Virus record (IMG/VR): IMGVR_UViG_3300024181_000006
Location: 1 to 53,617 of that record
Source: a virus
Taxonomy: Duplodnaviria; Caudoviricetes
DNA length: 53,617 nt
Direction: 5' to 3' (one strand)
Shown: one piece after another, positions 10,694 to 19,377 of the stretch
Layout of the letters: each line of letters opens with the position of its first letter
Numbering within the stretch: position 1 is the stretch's first letter
The notes under the pieces: model-generated
What the model saw: the letters and a program-made list of their open reading frames with translations, nothing else
The model's database searches: none
What the model was told of the DNA's origin: nothing
Made by a program: the position numbers and the translations under genes

Positions 10694-11086
10694 ATGCCAA
10701 CCAAAGCAGAAATTGCGGCTCAAAATGCTGCCAAAGAAAATCTAACTTCTGATGCTGAATCTCATAAACAAGTTAGCCAAACATTCGATGAAACAGCAAT
10801 CAAAAAGAAAATCCAAACTATCGAGGAGAATGTTAACAAGATAGTAGGTAGAAAAGGATACAATCCTCACTTTTGGCTTAATCAATCAGTTCATCCGCTA
10901 GTTAATCGATTTCTTGCTGGTGAACGAACTTCTGAACTTCAAGATGCTATTCTTGCTCTTCCTGATTCTCCACCCAAACTTGATATTAATTTGGGAATGA
11001 CTGAAGATGAGCAACGAAAGAAGTATGCTGAACTTCAAAGAGAGCAAGCTGCTTCGCCAATCGGTTTGATGATGCCTAAACATTAA
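10694..11086 (+). CDS. Hypothetical protein
   Basis: 130 aa, first gene after P3. Confidence 0.75.
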   Translation: MPTKAEIAAQNAAKENLTSDAESHKQVSQTFDETAIKKKIQTIEENVNKIVGRKGYNPHFWLNQSVHPLVNRFLAGERTSELQDAILALPDSPPKLDINLGMTEDEQRKKYAELQREQAASPIGLMMPKH

Positions 11087-11094
11087 GTATTTAT

Positions 11095-11171
11095 GGTGGG
11101 TATAAGTTTAACGACTTGTATGAAGGAACTAATCATCCTCTCACTGGAGTGATTACCAGTGCCCACTGCCA
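11095..11171 (+). ncRNA. Degenerate tRNA-like cloverleaf ending in CCA
   Basis: GGTGGGT/GCCCACT acceptor-like stem plus G-CCA, three internal hairpins, 77 nt; lacks the TTC T-loop. Confidence 0.4.
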
Positions 11172-11173
11172 AT

Positions 11174-11510
11174 TTCTACACTGTATAACAGTCCAGTGTA
11201 GAATAATTGTTAGGCAGTATTTACAATGCCCCGCCAAAATAAAAATCTGCCTCTTTCGCAGGGTATATAGGAAACTCTGCTACAATCCATCTTGAATACT
11301 ATACCGAACTTTGGTTCTATATGTTGAGATAGATGGTGATAACCCGACCACTAGCCACCCTGCAAGGTTAAACTAATGAGTCGGTTGACTTAAGTCTGAG
11401 TTGAACAGTAACATACAGACTAGGCGATTCAGGTCTACGCTAGTATCTATCATCATCGCTGAAACTCTAGGTTAGTAAGCCGTTTCGCATAAGGCTCATC
11501 ATAGATGATT
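11174..11510 (+). ncRNA. Structured non-coding region
   Basis: TTCTACACTG/CAGTGTAGAA, AGGCAG/CTGCCT, GCAGGGT/ACCCTGC enclosing CCATCT/AGATGG, AGTCTG/CAGACT; no ORF in the track. Confidence 0.4.
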
Positions 11511-11537
11511 GTAAGAATCTAGCATATAATAGAATTT

Positions 11538-11915
11538 ATGTCAACTGAACTAAGCAAAATAACCACGCTACTCAAAGATGTTGTAATCCTCAAACTTCAC
11601 AAGAGGCCAACTGGAACTATATCTGGACTAGTTCTTCCAGAAGCACACAGAGTTCCTATCGAACTGATTCCAGGTGAAGTTATAATGATTGGTTCCAAGT
11701 TCAGATTCAAAAATGAAGTAGATTTAGGAGATATACTTTGGGTGCCTTCACAGTTTGGGAATGCTGTGAATCAATTTGATGAATCCATAAGGTTCTATGA
11801 TGGGGAAGATTGTCACGCTATAATGAAGAAAAAGGATTATGTTCAACAACAGCATCATGTAGCTGCTGCAATCGTTGAAAAGCATCCAATGTCGGAGTAT
11901 CAAAAAGATGAGTAA
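11538..11915 (+). CDS. groES: GroES/Cpn10-like co-chaperonin
   Basis: LLKDVVIL..TISGLVLP..GEVIMIG..VDLGDIL..EDCHAIM matches the Cpn10 pattern. Confidence 0.75.
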   Translation: MSTELSKITTLLKDVVILKLHKRPTGTISGLVLPEAHRVPIELIPGEVIMIGSKFRFKNEVDLGDILWVPSQFGNAVNQFDESIRFYDGEDCHAIMKKKDYVQQQHHVAAAIVEKHPMSEYQKDE

Positions 11916-12540
11916 CACTGTAGATAGACCAGCAACTTGGTCACGAAGAGCTAACGCACCTTATTATAGGGAACGTTATGCTCTAGAGGTAAAGCACGTT
12001 CTAGATGAAATGATTCTAGCAGCAGAATCAGGGGATAGAGAGCCACGTATACTCAAGTATACTGATTATCCAGAGATATCTCATGTCACTCTCTATCTCA
12101 AAATTAATCAAGCTATGATGTATCTTCTGGATAAGCTTGATACAGATGAAAAGACCTACTTCAATTTCCGGCAACTCATAAACATCTCTCGCTTAAGGTC
12201 TATCGGTATCAAAATTGGATTTGCCCACGGAGTCGATAATAAATCCTTGGCAGCATACAAGGTATCTTCCACTGATATTCCTCAAGAGAAGCCTAAAGAG
12301 GTAAAACTTCCAGAGTCTAAACCTTTAGTTCAAACTGATTGGAAAGAACAGTTAGCTAACTTCGTAGAGATAGCTCAAGTCGGGCAATCCCTTAAGCTAA
12401 CTGGATTACAGCTTACAATGGTAGATGGTGAATATATCAGGGACCATATTCCTGATGATAAGTGCATCATTTACGAAGCCAAGACTGATTCTTTAATGTG
12501 TATTAAGTTAACACCTGAAGAATACGCAAAGACGAAATGA
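11875..12540 (+). CDS. Hypothetical protein
   Basis: ~210-221 aa ORF in operon; the true start is probably the MSNTVD ATG overlapping the groES end. Confidence 0.7.
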   Translation: MKSIQCRSIKKMSNTVDRPATWSRRANAPYYRERYALEVKHVLDEMILAAESGDREPRILKYTDYPEISHVTLYLKINQAMMYLLDKLDTDEKTYFNFRQLINISRLRSIGIKIGFAHGVDNKSLAAYKVSSTDIPQEKPKEVKLPESKPLVQTDWKEQLANFVEIAQVGQSLKLTGLQLTMVDGEYIRDHIPDDKCIIYEAKTDSLMCIKLTPEEYAKTK

Positions 12541-12791
12541 CTCTACTACAGGCTATCAATGGCAAATCAGCAAAAGAACTTGCAGAGTTGGATGAGAAAC
12601 AGTTGCTTGAACACTTTGCTCCTTTACTTAATGTTACACGACCTGAACTTGCCCCTAAGCCAGAGAAATCTACGTATAGGTCGAAAGGTTCTTCTCTCTC
12701 CAAAGTTGAGGAATCCCTTAAGGATGCTAAGAAACGAATGGCGGAGAGACTTGCTCAACAAATGGGGATAGATTTAAAGTTCGATGATTAA
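12537..12791 (+). CDS. Hypothetical protein
   Basis: ATGA-coupled 84 aa ORF. Confidence 0.65.
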   Translation: MTLLQAINGKSAKELAELDEKQLLEHFAPLLNVTRPELAPKPEKSTYRSKGSSLSKVEESLKDAKKRMAERLAQQMGIDLKFDD

Positions 12792-12805
12792 AATACCCAC
12801 ACGCT

Positions 12806-13831
12806 ATGCCAAAAACAATAGTTAAGGTAGATGCTAGTGCATTGAAAGAATCTTCATGTGAATGGAGATTTGATGCAATAGTTAATCAAGGATGGAGAGA
12901 GAAGATAACCTACAATGATACAGTGTATGGCACATCTGTTCATAGATATCTTTCCAGGATGGAAGAATCTGGAGGTAAGTTTGATGAAGCTGTTAGAGCA
13001 TGTCTTAGAATATGGAGACAGGGAGGATTTAAGATTAGAAATAAGAAGGACCATCTAACAGAGAACCATCTAATCACAACTTGCTTCGACTATTGGCAAC
13101 ACATCACTACAAAGCAATCTGAATTTCAACTTATACAGAATCCTCATGCTAAGTGTTGGCAATGTGAGGGGACAGGATTAGTAGGACATGAAGAAGTAGG
13201 TGGATTATGTAATATTTGTGCAGGCAAAGGCACAAGAGAGCAACCTGTAGTTGAAGTTAAATTCTCTATTCCCTGGGAGATATCAGATGATTACGAAGCG
13301 TATATCGAAGGCACAATAGATAGAGTTGGAAAGATTATTAATGGTTGCTATTGTGTTAGAGATTTCAAGACTACATCTTCGTGGGATAGTAAAAAGTTTC
13401 TTGCAGGATTTCGTTCTTCTCCTCAACTTAAGCTATATCTTTGGTCAGTTCGTAAGGAAGCTGAACGAGAAGGTAGTGCTCTAGCTCAACTTAGGGGACA
13501 AAGAATTGGTGCAGCAATAGATGGTATCTTTCTCAAATCATCCTCTGAAACTATCTTCGATTCTTCGGAAGTGTTCTTCTTTAGTCCTGCACAAGATGTA
13601 GAGTTTGAATTTCTACTTGCAGATAAAATGGAAGAAATTAAAAGTTATGCTTTAAAGGAAAAGACTCCTAGAAAGACAGGCAAGATAGAAGGCACTTGTC
13701 ACAATCTATTCTCATGTAAGTTTCATGATGTATGTCATGCTCTTGATGAGAAGGTAGGAAAGTTTGTTCTTATGTCTAACTTCAATCAACGTCCATATGA
13801 ACCCTTAAAACATGGAGAAGTGCAGGAATGA
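12806..13831 (+). CDS. Cas4/AddB-like PD-(D/E)xK exonuclease with CxxCxGxG zinc-finger insert
   Basis: YGTSVH, EGTIDRV, RDFKT; N-terminal Cys plus C-terminal C..C..C; CWQCEGTG/CNICAGKG. Confidence 0.85.
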   Translation: MPKTIVKVDASALKESSCEWRFDAIVNQGWREKITYNDTVYGTSVHRYLSRMEESGGKFDEAVRACLRIWRQGGFKIRNKKDHLTENHLITTCFDYWQHITTKQSEFQLIQNPHAKCWQCEGTGLVGHEEVGGLCNICAGKGTREQPVVEVKFSIPWEISDDYEAYIEGTIDRVGKIINGCYCVRDFKTTSSWDSKKFLAGFRSSPQLKLYLWSVRKEAEREGSALAQLRGQRIGAAIDGIFLKSSSETIFDSSEVFFFSPAQDVEFEFLLADKMEEIKSYALKEKTPRKTGKIEGTCHNLFSCKFHDVCHALDEKVGKFVLMSNFNQRPYEPLKHGEVQE

Positions 13832-14367
13832 AACGTGTAATAGTAGGATTATCTGGCCTTAAAGGTTCCGGCAAAGATACTGTCTGTCAGATTCTTCTTG
13901 AAGAACTTGAAGAATTCTTTCCTAAGAGAATAGCTTTTGCAGATGCACTCAAAGCTGAAGTAGCAAAAGCTTGTGGAGTTACTGTGGAAGCTATTAATGC
14001 ATATAAAGAAGTGTATAGACCTATACTTCAATGGTGGGGAACAGATTTTCGTAGGCAACATTGTTGTAATAATAACTATTGGGTAGATAAAGTCAGAGAT
14101 AAAATTGATGACCTCTGTTTAACTGGAGTAGTTATTATTACTGATGTTCGATTTTTAAATGAAGTAGCTTTAATCCGGGAGTATGGTGGAGAACTTTGGA
14201 GAATAATTAGGTCTAATCAATACAATGCTGATGACCATCATAGGTCTGAAACAGAACTTGCAAACTATCAGAGATTTGATAGAGTTATTATCAATGCAGA
14301 TACTCTCGAAAGATTAAAGGAAGTAGTTAGAACAAATCTTGTTTCGGAAATTAGAAAGAAGTTATGA
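13828..14367 (+). CDS. Deoxynucleoside monophosphate kinase
   Basis: GLSGLKGSGKDT, FADALK, LQWWGTD, ITDVRFLNE, HRSE. Confidence 0.9.
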   Translation: MKRVIVGLSGLKGSGKDTVCQILLEELEEFFPKRIAFADALKAEVAKACGVTVEAINAYKEVYRPILQWWGTDFRRQHCCNNNYWVDKVRDKIDDLCLTGVVIITDVRFLNEVALIREYGGELWRIIRSNQYNADDHHRSETELANYQRFDRVIINADTLERLKEVVRTNLVSEIRKKL

Positions 14368-15224
14368 CAGATACGCTATATATTCCACCAGACGCAAAGA
14401 AAGTAGATACGATTCATGCTGCTCAATTTCGTTTAGGTATTCAAGGTAAGCCCGGAGAAGGTAAAACTCAGGGAGCTTCAACATTTCCACATTGCTTATT
14501 TGGTAATGTTGATAGAGGGTTAGGTGGAATCTTTGGAGAGAATGTAATAGAGATACCATTCTATTCTCCTGAATGGTGTAAATCTATGAAAGTTACCTGG
14601 AAACCTGGAGAAGCCATTAATAGAAGGGATGCTATTATGGATTGGTGTAGAAAGGAATTGCCCAAACTTTCATCTCTACAGACTTTTGTAATGGATACCG
14701 TCGGAGGACTTGAGTCAGCTTTCGATATTGAGGAAGCAAAGTATCCAGTTTATACTAAGGGTGGTGAACTCGATAAGTTTGCTCCTTGGCGTCATAAACT
14801 TGAATGGTTTCAGGAGATGTTTGAGGATATCTTCAAATCAGCATCATGCAATATCATCTGTATCTTTCATGAACAGATGGAACGTAATTCGCAGGGAGAT
14901 TTAACTGGTAAGAATGTTCCTCTGTTTACAGGTCAATTTAAGGATAAGATTCTAGGACACTTAACTGACCACTTTCGTCAACACTGTATAGCAAAGAAAC
15001 CTCTAGAGAAGGTAGATGAGAAGGTTCTTAAGGCTTGGGGAATGAAATCTAAAGAGGAATTTCTAGCAATGCAGAATACATTTATAGGAGATGCTGTTTA
15101 TTGCTGGCAAACTGAAGGTGATGATATCTTCTCTGCTAAGAAATCCTCACTTAAACCTGGAACTCCTAAATTTATTCCATCTAACTACGAATCATTTATG
15201 AAGTGGAGAAAGCCTGTTACATGA
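14364..15224 (+). CDS. Sak4/AAA_24-like P-loop recombination ATPase
   Basis: GKPGEGKT, DRG, FVMDT, IFHE; lies between the nuclease and an SSB-like gene. Confidence 0.75.
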   Translation: MTDTLYIPPDAKKVDTIHAAQFRLGIQGKPGEGKTQGASTFPHCLFGNVDRGLGGIFGENVIEIPFYSPEWCKSMKVTWKPGEAINRRDAIMDWCRKELPKLSSLQTFVMDTVGGLESAFDIEEAKYPVYTKGGELDKFAPWRHKLEWFQEMFEDIFKSASCNIICIFHEQMERNSQGDLTGKNVPLFTGQFKDKILGHLTDHFRQHCIAKKPLEKVDEKVLKAWGMKSKEEFLAMQNTFIGDAVYCWQTEGDDIFSAKKSSLKPGTPKFIPSNYESFMKWRKPVT

Positions 15225-15442
15225 GCGAAAACTCTTTCTGTAATTATTGCACATTCAAGAGATTAAAGGATGATGCAAAGGCTGAGAACTCAAAGCTCAT
15301 AATTAGACCTTGTGCTATGGGTGGAATTTATGTATTTCGTATTCCAAAGAATATGGATATACCTCCCATTATGACAGAAGAATTTATTCAGAAGTATATG
15401 GCAGCTTGGTTTATGGAATTACCAGACCATTGCTGTTGTTAA
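15221..15442 (+). CDS. Small Cys-rich protein
   Basis: CNYC...HCCC; ATGA overlap at 15221. Confidence 0.6.
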   Translation: MSENSFCNYCTFKRLKDDAKAENSKLIIRPCAMGGIYVFRIPKNMDIPPIMTEEFIQKYMAAWFMELPDHCCC

Positions 15443-15515
15443 ATCAAACAATTTCGACTGCTCATTATGAATGGGACAGCCGATGCAGAGACAAAAACAA
15501 ACTAAGTAAAAACAT

Positions 15516-16082
15516 ATGGCAATCCGTAAAGTTAGTGAAGGGGTTAGTCAGTGGAACTCTAAGATGGAGTTCCCAAAGGACCGATACATTCTTCATTGTG
15601 TTGAAGAAGAGTTCGGTATCTCCAAAGGTTCATCTAATCCCATGATAACACGCACATGGGAAATAGTTGGACATGAAGGTGGTGAAACAGTTACCATCGG
15701 AGATAAAGTTGTAGGTATTGCTGGAGCAAAAGTTACCCAGTATCGTCCTACAAAAGTCAGAACTGAAGATAAGGAAGGATGGGACCCTGCAAAATCAGAT
15801 AAAGCATTCGGCGCATTTCGTGATGAACTGATTGCTTGTGGTTTTGAGGGGGATGAGATTGATGATGAAAATCCTCCAATCTTCATGAAAGGTAAAACTG
15901 TTGAGGCAGTTGTATATGGGAAGAAAGACGTTTCTCGTAAGCCTCAGACGCCAGAACAGAAGAAAGCTAATCAACCTGGAGATTCAATCAAAGATGCAGG
16001 AGGTAAAGAGATTGCCACTTACCAACTGCAAATTGAAATGATTCTTGGTATTTCCGAAACCAAGGTTAATTCGCCTTATTGA
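15516..16082 (+). CDS. Putative ssDNA-binding protein (DUF669-like)
   Basis: Follows the Sak4-like gene; FPKDRY..SKGSSNPMI..WEIV beta-strand pattern; aromatic C-terminus. Confidence 0.6.
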   Translation: MAIRKVSEGVSQWNSKMEFPKDRYILHCVEEEFGISKGSSNPMITRTWEIVGHEGGETVTIGDKVVGIAGAKVTQYRPTKVRTEDKEGWDPAKSDKAFGAFRDELIACGFEGDEIDDENPPIFMKGKTVEAVVYGKKDVSRKPQTPEQKKANQPGDSIKDAGGKEIATYQLQIEMILGISETKVNSPY

Positions 16083-16097
16083 TTAGGCATAACTATT

Positions 16098-16140
16098 CTA
16101 GTGGTTGGTAGGTATCTGTTGTTGGCCTGCTAGCCACTAG
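16098..16140 (+). promoter_or_regulatory. RNA hairpin between SSB and polymerase genes
   Basis: 16-bp stem with 4 G-U pairs and no U-tract; attenuator, stabiliser or processing site. Confidence 0.6.
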
Positions 16141-16153
16141 ACTAGATATTCCA

Positions 16154-17698
16154 ATGAACTTCCGAGCTAAACCTAAATTAAGTTATTGTGGATTGACACT
16201 AGTCCTACGCAATCCATCTAGATTTGACTTAAAGCAGGGCAGACTTTTATCTGCCAACGGCGGAAACTATCTTAATGAATGTCTAGCTCCAGACTTTAAT
16301 ATTCATCAGTGCGATATTAGAGTTAAGGAAGATAGAGAGAATCTTTTACCTGGAACTAAGGCAGTTCTACTTCTAGGCGAGGAAGCTGCACAAGTATGGC
16401 TCAACAATAAGGAGAACACACTCAATGAAATTCGTGGCTCTGTTTATCGCATCAATGAGATACCACATATCTCTTCATTCTTTCCGCAAGATGCCGTCGA
16501 TATCAAAGACTACGAGTCTACACATAATGAAGAGTATGAACGGGAAGAAGATGAAGATGATAAGGCACCTATAGATGAGAAGCGCAGGCATGGTAAAACT
16601 CGACGTAAGAACTACAGATTCTGGTTGCAAAGAGATGTTCAAAAATGTAAGTTAATTCTCAAAGATAAGATTTCTCCTAATCCTATTCCTGACCCAGAAT
16701 ATGTAATTTATCCATCTTCGGATTTAGTAATAAGCACGCTATCAAATACGGAGAACAAACTAATGTTCTTCGACATAGAAACTGATGAGCGTCTTAATAT
16801 TCTGTGTTTTAGCTATTCCTTCGGTGATAGGAATATATATTGCGTCCCTACCCTTGACCATAATTGGAAGTGGGCCTATCATAATCTTCATCATATTTAT
16901 AGAGCCTTGGCTAGAGCAGTTGAAAGAAACACGGTTGTTGCACACAATGGTGCAAACTTCGATTTCTACGTCCTTGGAAAGAAATACAAAATTGCAATCA
17001 GAGATGTTAAAGATACAATGCTCCAGCAACATAGATGTTTCCCAGAGGCAGAGAGAAGTCTTGGGCATTGCACATCTTTGTGGACCTTTGAACCATTCCA
17101 TAAGGATGAAGGAGATGGTGGATACTACTCATCAGAACAAGTTAGAGATAAATTAAGGTATTGTGGGAAAGATGTTTACACAATGATGCTTATCTATTAT
17201 GCACAACTTGAACATGCTCGCAGAAATCCGGGACTTCGAGAATCTTTCGACCAAGTCAATGCAGCAATACGTCCTTATCTTACTACTTGTCTTACTGGTA
17301 TTCATTATGACCAGCAGAAGGTCAAAGAAATAATGGCTGAGAATGATGGTTTGATGATGCAGTATATCAGAATTATAAATTGGTTTGTTGGCGAGAAAAC
17401 AATCTCAGAATTGAGAAAACGATTCAAGAGTTCATTACCAGGAAGTAATCCTCAATGCTGCATCTACTTTCATGAGAAGCTTGGATATCCAGTTGTAGGT
17501 AGAGGTAAAGAGAAGAAAGATGGCTCCAGAAATCCATCACTAGCAAAAAAGAATTTATTTAAGCTAAAGCTTAAGCACGATAATCCTGTTATTGACCTGA
17601 TTATTGCTTATCGTGAAACTCAAAAAGAATCAGGGGCACTTAAATTCAATCCATTACATGCTGATGAAGTTGACAATCCAATACAACAAGAGAAATGA
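16154..17698 (+). CDS. DNA polymerase A, N-terminal part (UDG-like domain + 3'-5' exonuclease + thumb)
   Basis: AVLLLGEEA..RGSVY..FFPQ (UDG-like); FFDIET, AHNGANFD, YCGKDV (ExoI-III); GIHYD, SNPQ, HDNPVIDLIIAYR. Confidence 0.85.
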   Translation: MNFRAKPKLSYCGLTLVLRNPSRFDLKQGRLLSANGGNYLNECLAPDFNIHQCDIRVKEDRENLLPGTKAVLLLGEEAAQVWLNNKENTLNEIRGSVYRINEIPHISSFFPQDAVDIKDYESTHNEEYEREEDEDDKAPIDEKRRHGKTRRKNYRFWLQRDVQKCKLILKDKISPNPIPDPEYVIYPSSDLVISTLSNTENKLMFFDIETDERLNILCFSYSFGDRNIYCVPTLDHNWKWAYHNLHHIYRALARAVERNTVVAHNGANFDFYVLGKKYKIAIRDVKDTMLQQHRCFPEAERSLGHCTSLWTFEPFHKDEGDGGYYSSEQVRDKLRYCGKDVYTMMLIYYAQLEHARRNPGLRESFDQVNAAIRPYLTTCLTGIHYDQQKVKEIMAENDGLMMQYIRIINWFVGEKTISELRKRFKSSLPGSNPQCCIYFHEKLGYPVVGRGKEKKDGSRNPSLAKKNLFKLKLKHDNPVIDLIIAYRETQKESGALKFNPLHADEVDNPIQQEK

Positions 17699-17888
17699 AT
17701 GGTATACAGTTATTTATCCTGGAGGAAGCAGGAGAAACTATGGTTCCTTGAAAACTCTTTTGAATGCTTTATCAGACTACTATGAAAATCAAAACTCGAA
17801 AAAAGTTGGATAGAGAGGCATTCTTTCATCTATCTCCTGACAAGTATAAGATATTTAAACATGCCCTCAAAACAAAGAATGCTCAATT

Positions 17889-18230
17889 ATGCAAAGATGT
17901 GCTAACTGCCGCGAAAGAAAACCAATAGTTTTTAAACACATTTACCACACGCTAGACAAAAAATGCTATCAGATTCGTCTTTGTGCTGATTGTTGTAGTC
18001 TATTAATGCATCAATTATTTGATTACACTATTGGTTGCGAATACGATAAGATGGTTACAAGATACGGAGTGGAGGTGAATAAAGATGCCACATGCGTTCA
18101 AGATGATGGAGAAAGCAATGCAAAAGCAATACGGAAAAAAGAAAGGCGTAAAAATAGCAAGCATGAAGTGGAACAAAGAACACAAAGGAACAGGTCAAAC
18201 AGTAGGAAGAGGAAGAAAGTAAAATGCTAA
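17889..18230 (+). CDS. Zinc-finger protein
   Basis: CANC...CADC, basic tail. Confidence 0.5.
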   Translation: MQRCANCRERKPIVFKHIYHTLDKKCYQIRLCADCCSLLMHQLFDYTIGCEYDKMVTRYGVEVNKDATCVQDDGESNAKAIRKKERRKNSKHEVEQRTQRNRSNSRKRKKVKC

Positions 18231-18496
18231 TATCAATACCAGAACAACAGGATATAGAGAATAGGTTTACATATCATGCTCCTAAACCTGGACAACCTGA
18301 ACAGTATCAGAAATTAAGAGAACATGCTAAATCTCTTGCTTATCTGATACTTGACAATTGTCCTAGAAGTAGAGAAGCATCTTTAGCTCTAACAAAGTTG
18401 GAAGAATCAATCTTCTGGGCTAATGCTTCTATAGCTCGTTTTCCTGTTGTAAATGAGGAACAAGGAGTAACTACTCAGGAGGTCACTAAAAAGTGA
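18224..18496 (+). CDS. Acb2/Tad1-like hairpin protein (candidate immune-signal sponge)
   Basis: ENRFTYHAP..CPRSREASLALTKLEESIFWANASIAR resembles the Tad1 SRExxxALTxxEExxxW helix. Confidence 0.65.
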   Translation: MLISIPEQQDIENRFTYHAPKPGQPEQYQKLREHAKSLAYLILDNCPRSREASLALTKLEESIFWANASIARFPVVNEEQGVTTQEVTKK

Positions 18497-18939
18497 TAAT
18501 TGTCCCCTATAGGATAACAGAGAAGTTTATCAGGGACCATCCTGAGCTTACTTTCGTTTATTCTTCTGACCTAGAGGGTAAGGGTGGACTGGGTATGCAA
18601 TGGTTTATGGCAGGGCCATCCAATTCATATCCAGTTCCAACCCTTGTTAAGTTTTGTGCTAATTCTGTATACTTTCAGGATGCACAGGAGTATGGTAATT
18701 ATCATCCATTTGGTTATCATGCCATTCCAGAATCAGGACTTAAATACAATCAGAGTAAAATAGATGAAGCAATTTCTTTTATTCCTAAGAACAATCCTAT
18801 AATAGTGCCTCCCAAAATCGGTTTAGGTTGCGCTAGAATGAAGGAATATTGCCCTAGAACTTACGCTTACTTACGAAGTGAACTCAATAAGATAATGTGC
18901 AAAGATGTTAAAATCGACTACAGTTACATATCAGGATGA
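18493..18939 (+). CDS. Putative macro-like domain protein
   Basis: TFVYSSDLEGKGGLG..YPVPT..IVPPKIGLGCA; two Gly loops like those of phage macro-like families. Confidence 0.45.
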   Translation: MIIVPYRITEKFIRDHPELTFVYSSDLEGKGGLGMQWFMAGPSNSYPVPTLVKFCANSVYFQDAQEYGNYHPFGYHAIPESGLKYNQSKIDEAISFIPKNNPIIVPPKIGLGCARMKEYCPRTYAYLRSELNKIMCKDVKIDYSYISG

Positions 18940-19123
18940 TTCTCCATTTCCTTTCGGAAAGTATAAGAACTATGCTTTCAAGGAAATTCCTGCTGATTAC
19001 TTTCATTGGTTATGGCATAACGTCAAACCTATAACTGGAGAAATGAAGGGTGTATTCGCATACATCGAAAGAAATATTGATGCATTCAAATCAGAAAACT
19101 CAGATTTATTATGGTCGAAATAA
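18905..19123 (+). CDS. DUF3820/QSregVF_b-like small protein
   Basis: FPFGKYK...IPADYFHWL. Confidence 0.7.
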   Translation: MLKSTTVTYQDDSPFPFGKYKNYAFKEIPADYFHWLWHNVKPITGEMKGVFAYIERNIDAFKSENSDLLWSK

Positions 19124-19377
19124 ACTTTGAAATAAGAGATGTTGACGAAGAGAATATGGTAGTAACTGGTAGAGCTTCTATCTATTCTCCTCATAGTGAT
19201 GATGAACTAAATGTAGGTAGATTCTTAGTTCCATTACTAGGTGAAGTATGCTTTAAACTTCGAGAGCAATTTCCAGGAAAGAATATCAGAATAGCAGAAT
19301 TTGATTCTCCACTTGATACAAAATCAAATCCTCCTATAGATGTAGATAAACCCTGGAGAAGAGGTGGATTGATATAA
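19111..19377 (+). CDS. Hypothetical protein
   Basis: 88 aa; its stop codon abuts the ATG of the polymerase C-terminal gene. Confidence 0.6.
   Translation: MVEINFEIRDVDEENMVVTGRASIYSPHSDDELNVGRFLVPLLGEVCFKLREQFPGKNIRIAEFDSPLDTKSNPPIDVDKPWRRGGLI

Noticed and set aside
11095-11171. Canonical decoding tRNA
   Set aside because: No GTTCRA T-loop, no D-loop GG and an ambiguous anticodon loop; kept only as tRNA-like
12806-13831. CRISPR-Cas system suggested by the Cas4-like gene
   Set aside because: No repeat-spacer array or other cas genes; the context is recombination
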